Positions 42,184-49,479 of a DNA stretch of 64,000 nt are shown here, piece by piece; within the stretch, counting starts at the first letter, position 1, and each line of letters begins with the position of its first letter. Location of the stretch: NCBI GenBank assembly GCA_016795385.1, contig JAEUHI010000073.1, forward strand, positions 15,322-79,321, written 5' to 3'. A program made the translations under genes and the position numbers. Source of the stretch: Verrucomicrobiales bacterium (GTDB lineage Bacteria; Verrucomicrobiota; Verrucomicrobiia; Verrucomicrobiales; DEV007). The notes below the pieces were generated by a model. The model ran no database searches. It had not been told where the DNA came from and saw nothing but the letters and a program-made list of their open reading frames with translations.

Positions 42184-44466
42184 TCACCTTGCGACGACGC
42201 CCACGATGGCGCGATCGGCCCATTGCGGCGCGGTGGTGGACACGGCGGTGACGGCGTAGCTGCGGCGGAGTTTCCGTCCTTCGGCGCGGCGGGATTTGGC
42301 GAGACGACATTCGTCGCTTTGACCCGCACCCGGCGCGAGGGAGAGGAGATCCGTGCCGGCGAAGAGGGTCGCGGAGACGTTGCGACGCCCGCCCGCATCA
42401 CTGCGGAAATAGCTGACCTTCACCCAGCGATCGCCGCGCGATCCGGAGAGCCTCAGTTCGTCGGCGAGGGCTCCATCATTTTCGGCCCGGAACCAAGCGG
42501 AGACTTTGCGGCGTTTCATGCTCACGACGATGGTTTGGCCGAGGCCATTCATTTGATAGATATCGTTCCCGACCGGAGCAGACGGGCTGAGACCGGCGCG
42601 TTCATCGGGCAATTGGTCGGGCGCGATCGCCGTGCCGGTGAGGGAGAGACGGAGCTCGTGGCCCGTGGCAAAGGCCCCCTGGATCACGAGATCGGCGGTA
42701 TAGTCGCCCACGGCATCGGGTGCGAAGCTCACGCGCACGAGGCGGGTTTGGCCGGGGCCGAGTCGGGCGAAAGATCGGTCGAGCCGGAAGGCGGTGGCGC
42801 CGGGGCCTTCGAGCGCAAAGCGCACCGGGCGGAAGGATTCGGTGCCGGTGTTGTCGACGAGAAAGGATTTCACCACCGGCGGGTCGCGACGCCAGACGAT
42901 GGTGCCGAATCCGGGATCGTCGCCGCCGATCGCGAGAATCGCATCGGGCGCGGCCGCACGGTATTCGATCGCTCCGTGATCGGCCCGCCCTTCGTTCACC
43001 CGCGCCGCGCCGTGGAGATCGCTCTCGCCTACCGCGGCGACGAAGGAGGGATCGGCAGCGTTTCGGGCGGGTGATCCGGAGCTGAGGCGGAAGTCGTGTT
43101 TCGCGGTGTCGCTGAAGAGGGGATTCGAAAGCAGGCTCGCGGCATCGTTTCCCGATCCGGTGCGATAGCTGGCGAGGGTGGTGTAAAAGACGTTCTTCCA
43201 CTGCCACTCCTGCGCGCCTCCCGGGGCGAAGAAAAGCTGGTGATCGACGAGGTTTCCCGAGTTCTGCGTGTAGGGATTGCCGATCAAGAGGCCCTGGGTG
43301 TTGCTCTTGAGCAGGTTGTTCCGGAAGGTGCAGTCGCGGACATCGAACTGCAGGTAGATCTCGCCGTTGCCATCCTGGTTCGTGTCGTTTTCAAAGAGGG
43401 TATTGTTCGTGACCAGACACTGTCGGGTCGAGCCGCGTTGCGTGTCATATCCTCCAAGAAAGATTCCGCCGATGGTGTTGTGATAGAGTAGATTGTTCCT
43501 CACGGTGATCTCTTCGGTGGTGCGTCCGGCGTGTTCGCTCGCGAGCTCGATGCCGATGTTGCAATGATGGACGACGTTGCCTTCGATGAGGATGCGGGCA
43601 CCGCCATCGACGTAGATCCCGCCCGCGCTGGTGTCGCCTCCACCTGTGACGAAGTTGCCGCTGTAGGCGGGATTGAAGGAGGAATCGATATTGAAAACGA
43701 GATTGTTGCGACAGATCCCGTCGCGCGCCCGGTCGACGGCCGGGGTGGGGCCGGTGCCTTCGTAGCCGATGAAGTCGATCCCGATGTTGTTGCAATCGCG
43801 GACGACGTTTTCCCTCAACTCGAAGTCGGTCACGTTGCCATTGAGGACGAGGGCTTCGCTCGAGCCGAGCTTCAGATCATACAGCTCGTTCCCGGCGATG
43901 AGGATGTGGCTGAGTGGTGTAGCGGCCGATCCGAAGACGGCGATGCCATGGGCGTCTCCGCCGTCGAGCCCGTTGTAGTTCGTCTCGATGTCGTGGATGA
44001 CGTTGTCGATGAGTTCGATGTGGTGGGATTCGTTTTCGACGAGGATGCCGATGGGCACGAGATAGCGGGTCGCGGTTTTCAGGTTCCGCAGGGTGAGCCC
44101 CTCAATGCGGAGGTAACTCTGATCGTAAATGGTGATCAGGGCGTTGGAATTGACCGGATCAAAGGGGAGCCCGGTGCCGTCGAGGATGGGCTCTTCGCCG
44201 GGGTAGGCCTTGAACACGACCGGTCCATCGATCGCATTTCCCGAGACATAGATTTCGACTTTTTCGGAGTAGATCCCCCCGCGCAAAAAGACGGTCGATC
44301 CCGCCGACACGGTTTCGGCCGCGTGCTGGATGGTGCGCCACGGCGAGGCAAGGGAGCCGGGGTTGGCGTTGTCGCCGTCGGGGCTCACGTAGAAGTCGGC
44401 GGCAGTGAGGGAAAAGGCGGAAAGCCCGCTCAGAAGCCAGAGGAAGGGAAGCGTGGGGGCTTTCAT
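42184..44466 (-). CDS. secreted right-handed beta-helix protein (DUF1565-like N-terminus) with ASH/choice-of-anchor-D and CARDB-like C-terminal domains
   Basis: Signal peptide MKAPTLPFLWLLSGLSAFSLTA. Then DFYVSPDGDNANPGSLASPWRTIQHA. Many NN-containing helix turns. FLVDNTGTESFRPVRF...VRVSFAPD is ASH-like. C-terminal AENDGALADELRLSG module. Confidence 0.7.
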   Translation of the reverse strand: MKAPTLPFLWLLSGLSAFSLTAADFYVSPDGDNANPGSLASPWRTIQHAAETVSAGSTVFLRGGIYSEKVEIYVSGNAIDGPVVFKAYPGEEPILDGTGLPFDPVNSNALITIYDQSYLRIEGLTLRNLKTATRYLVPIGILVENESHHIELIDNVIHDIETNYNGLDGGDAHGIAVFGSAATPLSHILIAGNELYDLKLGSSEALVLNGNVTDFELRENVVRDCNNIGIDFIGYEGTGPTPAVDRARDGICRNNLVFNIDSSFNPAYSGNFVTGGGDTSAGGIYVDGGARILIEGNVVHHCNIGIELASEHAGRTTEEITVRNNLLYHNTIGGIFLGGYDTQRGSTRQCLVTNNTLFENDTNQDGNGEIYLQFDVRDCTFRNNLLKSNTQGLLIGNPYTQNSGNLVDHQLFFAPGGAQEWQWKNVFYTTLASYRTGSGNDAASLLSNPLFSDTAKHDFRLSSGSPARNAADPSFVAAVGESDLHGAARVNEGRADHGAIEYRAAAPDAILAIGGDDPGFGTIVWRRDPPVVKSFLVDNTGTESFRPVRFALEGPGATAFRLDRSFARLGPGQTRLVRVSFAPDAVGDYTADLVIQGAFATGHELRLSLTGTAIAPDQLPDERAGLSPSAPVGNDIYQMNGLGQTIVVSMKRRKVSAWFRAENDGALADELRLSGSRGDRWVKVSYFRSDAGGRRNVSATLFAGTDLLSLAPGAGQSDECRLAKSRRAEGRKLRRSYAVTAVSTTAPQWADRAIVGVVAR

Positions 44467-44523
44467 TTTGAAACACGATACGGGCTCGCCTGTTTGGTGA
44501 AAAGCCCTCTGTGAAAGGCTTTT

Positions 44524-44552
44524 TTGTAGAATTATCTATAAATACCATATAA
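44524..44552 (+). promoter_or_regulatory. candidate sigma70-type promoter (TTGTAG-N17-ATATAA) for the NHL gene
   Basis: Lies in the very AT-rich 44520-44570 stretch of the divergent intergenic region, about 50 nt upstream of ATG 44605. Confidence 0.3.
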
Positions 44553-44604
44553 AATTGAATTTCCGTTCCATTCGATTCGTCGTTTGCGGAACGATTCCCA
44601 AACC

Positions 44605-46200
44605 ATGAAAGAGACTTCCCTGAAATCCGCCCTGATTCTTTTCGCCTTTACCGGTCTGATCCTCCCGACCCCGGCCCTCCATGCCGGCACGGTATGGGGA
44701 TTCCCGGGATTCGCCTATCTCGTCCTCGGCCAGCCCGATTTTGTCTCGACCGGATCCAGCTCCGCCGCGACCCACGTGGCCGATCCGCAGGGGGTGTGTG
44801 TCGATCCCACGACCGGAAAGGTGTTTGTCGCGGACCATTTCAATCACCGCGTCCTCCGCTACGCGTCGGCGGATTCGCTCGCGAATGGTGCCGCCGCCGA
44901 GATCGTGCTGGGACAAAACGCGTTTCTAACGAACACGCCCGGCGTCCGCGCGACGGCGATGCGCGAACCTTTTGATGTCGCCATCGATTCCGAGGGAAAT
45001 CTCTGGGTGGCCGATACCGGCAATCATCGCATTCTCCGCTTTCCCAATGCTGCGACGATCACGACAGGTGCCGCGGCGAATCTGGTTCTGGGTCAGCCCG
45101 ACCTGTCCACATCGGTTTCGGGCACGGATCCGGATCAGCTGAACCGGCCTTCGGCCCTCGATTTCGACGCGAACGGCAATCTTTACATCGGAGACGGAGA
45201 CAACGCCCGCGTCCTCATTCATCTGAATCCGGCCGCGAAATCGGACGGAGCGGACGCGGACATCCTCCTGGGCCAGGCGGCCTATGGTCCGCCCTCGTTC
45301 ATGACTTCGCAGCAGATCCTCCATTATCCAGGAGGACTCGCGGTCGATCAGGAGGGAACGCTTTTTGTCTCGAGCTATGCCACTCACCGAATCCTCGTCT
45401 GGGAAAATGCCGCGACCTTGAGTGATGGAGCGCTGGCCGACCGCGTCATCGGCCAAGTGAATTTCACGGCCATGGCGAGCGGCCTGTCGCAGACGGAGTT
45501 CGCTTTCCCCCAACACCTCGCCATCGATGACGAGGGAACACTCATCGTCGCCGATCAAGGGAATCACCGTGTTCTCGTCTTCGAAAACGCTGCGGATCTC
45601 TCCGGTGAAGTGCCTGCCGACGCGGTCTATGGACAGCGTGATTTTGTCTCGAACGCCGCGGACCTGGGCGATGCGGAGCTGAACACCCCCGGCGGAGTCG
45701 GTCTGGACAACGAGGGACGGCTCATCGTCGGCGACGGGGGGAATGGGCGTGTCCTGTTCTTCCCGGTCCGGCGCACCCGGCCCGACCTTTCGATCATCCC
45801 GGATTCCGGAGCCCGCATTGGTGAAAACATCCTCGATGCCACCGGGGCCTCGCAGAAAATGACGGTGAAGACCACCTCGCGGAAAATGTTCTATCACCTC
45901 GGGATCGCCAACGACGGCAACGGCGTCGAGCCTTTCGTCCTGAAGGGCAGCCCGAGCGCGCCCAAGTTCAAGCTCGGGTATTACACCGGCGCGGGTGCGA
46001 ACATCACGGCTGCGGTGCTGAGCGGGCTCTACACGACCGAAGAGCTCACGGTCGGCGCGGAGGAGGACTACGAAATCCGCCTGAAACCCAAAAAGAAGAG
46101 CAAAAAGGCCAAAGCCACCGTCTTTTTCTCCGCCGAATCCCTCTCCGATGGCGAGACCGATCGCATCCTCACGACGACCAAATACACGCCGAAGCGTTGA
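44605..46200 (+). CDS. secreted NHL-repeat six-bladed beta-propeller protein with CARDB-like C-terminal domain
   Basis: Signal peptide MKETSLKSALILFAFTGLILPTPALHA. Six NHL blades: VADHFNHRVLRY, VADTGNHRILRF, IGDGDNARVLIH, VSSYATHRILVW, VADQGNHRVLVF, VGDGGNGRVLFF. C-terminal IANDGNGVEPFVLKG module and a Lys-rich patch. Confidence 0.8.
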   Translation: MKETSLKSALILFAFTGLILPTPALHAGTVWGFPGFAYLVLGQPDFVSTGSSSAATHVADPQGVCVDPTTGKVFVADHFNHRVLRYASADSLANGAAAEIVLGQNAFLTNTPGVRATAMREPFDVAIDSEGNLWVADTGNHRILRFPNAATITTGAAANLVLGQPDLSTSVSGTDPDQLNRPSALDFDANGNLYIGDGDNARVLIHLNPAAKSDGADADILLGQAAYGPPSFMTSQQILHYPGGLAVDQEGTLFVSSYATHRILVWENAATLSDGALADRVIGQVNFTAMASGLSQTEFAFPQHLAIDDEGTLIVADQGNHRVLVFENAADLSGEVPADAVYGQRDFVSNAADLGDAELNTPGGVGLDNEGRLIVGDGGNGRVLFFPVRRTRPDLSIIPDSGARIGENILDATGASQKMTVKTTSRKMFYHLGIANDGNGVEPFVLKGSPSAPKFKLGYYTGAGANITAAVLSGLYTTEELTVGAEEDYEIRLKPKKKSKKAKATVFFSAESLSDGETDRILTTTKYTPKR

Positions 46201-46312
46201 CCGCCACCGGGTTTCCGGAGTGGGGCGGGGAGGGCTGGAAAATCGGGTGAAAGGGGGGCTCGCGGCCGAAACTTTCGCTTGACCGGAAAGACCTCCCTAC
46301 CAAAGGTTATCT

Positions 46313-47767
46313 ATGGGTGATCTGCCTCTTGGTCTTAGCTTCGATGACGTTCTTCTGATCCCGCAACGCAGCGGCGTGCTGCCTGCCGAGGTCGATATCT
46401 CCACGCGGGTCACCGCCGGGATTCCTCTCAATATCCCGATCATCTCGTCGGCGATGGACACCGTCACCGAAGACGGTCTCGCCATCGCCCTCGCCCGCGA
46501 AGGCGGACTCGGCGTGATCCACCGGAACATGCCCATCATCGAGCAGGCCGACATGGTGGCAAAGGTGAAACGCTCGGAGAATACCGTCATCGTTGATCCT
46601 TTCACCATCACCGCCGACATCTCCCTCGCGCGGCTCCAGCAGATCATGCAGGAGAAAGGGGTGAACGGGTTCCCCGTGATCGACGAAAACCGCATTCTCG
46701 TCGGCATGGTGACGAGCCGCGACATCTGGTATGTCGAGGACGACTCCGCCCCCGTCTCCGCCGTGATGACACCGCGCGAGCGCCTCGTCACCGCCCCGGT
46801 CGACACGAAGCTGGAGGACGCCCACCGTCTTCTTTACCAGAATCGCATCGAGAAACTCCCTCTCGTCGATGCCGACGGTCGCCTCGCGGGGCTCATCACC
46901 GCGCAGGACATTGAAAAGCGCGATCGTTTCCTGAATTCCGCCAAGGATGCCAACGGCCGCCTCCGTGTCGGTGCCGCGATCGGGGTGGGGGAGGATTGTT
47001 TCGACCGCGCCCGCGGGGTGATCGAGGCCGGAGCCGACGCCGTCTTCATCGATGCCGCGACCGGCCATACCGAGCGGGTCCTCTCCGTCATCGAACGGCT
47101 CCGCAGTGAGTTTTCCACCCCCGTCGTCGCCGGCAACGTCGTCACCGCCGAGGGAGCGCGCGATCTCATTTCCGCCGGAGCCGCCGCCGTGAAAGTCGGA
47201 GTCGGTCCCGGGTCGATCTGCACCACCCGCGTCATCGCCGGGGTCGGCACGCCGCAATTCAGCGCGATCCAGAATGTCGCCACGGTCTGCCGCGCCAAGG
47301 GCGTGCCCCTCATCGCCGACGGTGGGATCCGTTACTCCGGCGACCTCGTCAAGGCGATGGCAGCCGGAGCTGATGTGGTCATGTTAGGATCGCTCCTCGC
47401 CGGTTGCCGCGAGAGTCCCGGAGAAACCGTCCATTACCAGGGGCGCACCTGGAAGGAATACCGGGGCATGGGTTCGCTCAAGGCGATGCGCAAGGGCTCG
47501 GGCGACCGTTATGGCCAGAATTCCTCCGGCAAACTCGTCGCCGAGGGCGTCGAGGCGCGTGTGCCCTATCGTGGACCTCTCGCCGACACCGTTTTCCAAC
47601 TCCTCGGCGGTCTCCGCAGCGGGATGGGCTACGTTGGTGCCGGAAATCTCGAGGAACTGCGCCAGCGCGCCACTTTCGTCCGCATCACCAGCGGCGGCCT
47701 CCGCGAGAGCCACGCCCACGACATCACCATCACCGAAGAGCCGGTGAACTACCAGCCCGCGAGCTGA
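46313..47767 (+). CDS. guaB: IMP dehydrogenase
   Basis: [24 protein letters not shown], an inserted CBS pair, the catalytic loop [12 protein letters not shown], and GGIRYSGD. Confidence 0.95.
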   Translation: MGDLPLGLSFDDVLLIPQRSGVLPAEVDISTRVTAGIPLNIPIISSAMDTVTEDGLAIALAREGGLGVIHRNMPIIEQADMVAKVKRSENTVIVDPFTITADISLARLQQIMQEKGVNGFPVIDENRILVGMVTSRDIWYVEDDSAPVSAVMTPRERLVTAPVDTKLEDAHRLLYQNRIEKLPLVDADGRLAGLITAQDIEKRDRFLNSAKDANGRLRVGAAIGVGEDCFDRARGVIEAGADAVFIDAATGHTERVLSVIERLRSEFSTPVVAGNVVTAEGARDLISAGAAAVKVGVGPGSICTTRVIAGVGTPQFSAIQNVATVCRAKGVPLIADGGIRYSGDLVKAMAAGADVVMLGSLLAGCRESPGETVHYQGRTWKEYRGMGSLKAMRKGSGDRYGQNSSGKLVAEGVEARVPYRGPLADTVFQLLGGLRSGMGYVGAGNLEELRQRATFVRITSGGLRESHAHDITITEEPVNYQPAS

Positions 47768-47810
47768 GCGGCATTGTCCGTGCTCGTCCCGAAATGCGGC
47801 GGGACATCAC

Positions 47811-47844
47811 TCCTACTGTTTACCTTTTACTTTTTACTTTTTAC
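47811..47844 (+). repeat. tandem heptamer YTTTTAC x4 (plus a degenerate fifth) 24 nt upstream of guaA
   Basis: TCCTAC TGTTTAC CTTTTAC TTTTTAC TTTTTAC. It is conspicuously AT-rich within a GC-rich guaB-guaA spacer. Confidence 0.7.
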
Positions 47845-47868
47845 CGTGGCCTTAGGCCGCCCCCTCTC

Positions 47869-49389
47869 ATGGACCATCCCATCGCCGTCATCGATTTCGG
47901 CTCGCAGTACACCCAGCTCATCGTGCGCCGGATCCGTGAGCTCGGTTATTTCTCCAAACTTTATCAGCCGGAGGAATTGCGCGAGACCGGATCGCCCGCG
48001 GCCGTGATCCTTTCGGGCGGCCCTCGCTCCACCCGCGAACCCGGTGCGCCGGACATCGATTTCGATTACCTCGTCTCCTTGGGCGTCCCCGTTCTCGGAG
48101 TCTGTTACGGGATGCAGTTGCTCAACCGCAAGTTCGGTGGCGAAGTCGCCCCCGGGAACACGCGCGAATACGGTCCCGCCACCCTGATGATCGAAGCCGG
48201 GGTCGACAGCATTTTCGATGGTTTGAAAGGCCATTCCCAGATCTGGATGAGCCATTCCGACACCGTCAGCATCCTCCCCGAGGGCTGCGAGGTGACGGGG
48301 CGGAATCTCGATGGCATCCCCGTCGCCCTGAAATGGAACGCCCTTTTCCAAGGCATCCAATTCCACCCCGAGGTCTCGCACACCAAGGAAGGCGTCGATA
48401 TCCTCAAGAACTTCCTCGCCCTCGCCAAGGACCTGCCCAAATTCAAGATCGCCTCCTTCAAGGATGAACTGGTTGCGCGCGTCCAGGCCGAGGTGGCGGG
48501 ACGCAAGGTCGTCTGCGGCGTCTCCGGTGGCGTCGATTCCTCCGTGCTCGCCGCGCTCATCCATGAGGCGGGTGTCGATACGCGGAACATCTTCGTCGAC
48601 ACCGGCCTGCTCCGTGAAAACGAAGCCGCCGAGGTGCAATCGCTCTTCGCCGAAGTCGGGATCGAGATCGAGACGATCGACGCGTCCGAGCGTTTCCTCA
48701 CCGCCCTGAAAGGTGTCAGCGATCCCGAGGAAAAGCGGCGAATCATCGGCCGGCTTTTTGTCGAGGTCTTCTTTGATGCGGTGGGCGATGACGTGGAGCT
48801 TCTCGCCCAGGGGACGCTCTATCCCGACGTGATCGAGAGCGCCACGAGCGGCTCCATCGCCTCCACGATCAAGACGCACCACAACCGCGTCGACCGCATC
48901 ATGGCGCTCAAGAAAGAAGGCCGTGTTATCGAGCCCCTCGATACTCTTTTCAAAGACGAAGTGCGCGAACTCGGTCGTGTCCTCGGCCTGCCCGAGCGGG
49001 TTGTCGGCCGTCACCCTTTCCCCGGCCCCGGTCTCGCCGTGCGCTGCCCGGGCGAAGTCACCGCCGAGAAGCTCGAGATCATCCGCAAGGCCGACAAGAT
49101 CTACATCGACATCCTGCGCCAGCGGCATTGGTATGACAGCGTCTGGCAGGCCTACGCCGCGATCATTCCCGTGAAGACCGTGGGCGTCAAAGGCGACGAA
49201 CGCAGCTACGAGTACGCCCTCAGCCTCCGTGCGGTGACGAGCGAAGATGCCATGACCGCCGAGTGGGTGCACCTGCCCTACGAACTCCTCGCCGAGGCCT
49301 CCAATCGCATCCTCAACGAAGTGCCCGGTATCAATCGCGTCCTCTACGACATCTCGACCAAACCGCCTGCAAGCATCGAGTGGGAGTGA
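47869..49389 (+). CDS. guaA: GMP synthase (glutamine-hydrolysing)
   Basis: GATase start IAVIDFGSQYTQLIVRRIRELG with VLGVCYGMQ. ATP-PPase P-loop GVSGGVDSSV. C-terminus ...KPPASIEWE. Start at ATG 47869; the track's 47404 start overlaps guaB. Confidence 0.95.
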   Translation: MDHPIAVIDFGSQYTQLIVRRIRELGYFSKLYQPEELRETGSPAAVILSGGPRSTREPGAPDIDFDYLVSLGVPVLGVCYGMQLLNRKFGGEVAPGNTREYGPATLMIEAGVDSIFDGLKGHSQIWMSHSDTVSILPEGCEVTGRNLDGIPVALKWNALFQGIQFHPEVSHTKEGVDILKNFLALAKDLPKFKIASFKDELVARVQAEVAGRKVVCGVSGGVDSSVLAALIHEAGVDTRNIFVDTGLLRENEAAEVQSLFAEVGIEIETIDASERFLTALKGVSDPEEKRRIIGRLFVEVFFDAVGDDVELLAQGTLYPDVIESATSGSIASTIKTHHNRVDRIMALKKEGRVIEPLDTLFKDEVRELGRVLGLPERVVGRHPFPGPGLAVRCPGEVTAEKLEIIRKADKIYIDILRQRHWYDSVWQAYAAIIPVKTVGVKGDERSYEYALSLRAVTSEDAMTAEWVHLPYELLAEASNRILNEVPGINRVLYDISTKPPASIEWE

Positions 49390-49479
49390 GGGGCGGCACC
49401 GGCGTTCCGCAAAAAGGCCCGAAGCCTGCTTCTCCGCATTACTCCACCACTACACGACCCCTCCTCCTCCCTCTCCACC

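Noticed and set aside
44492-44527. AAAGCC-N10-GGCTTTTTT hairpin resembling a terminator in the 44467-44604 spacer
   Set aside because: It lies between divergently transcribed genes, so no upstream transcript would be terminated there. The stem has only three G:C pairs. It is more likely part of the AT-rich promoter or leader.
46201-46312. Imperfect hairpin CCGCC-A-CCGG-GTTT-CCGG-AGTGG-GGCGG after the NHL gene as a terminator, and possible tRNA-like structure
   Set aside because: There is no T-tract and the internal loops are large. No cloverleaf or conserved tRNA boxes are visible.
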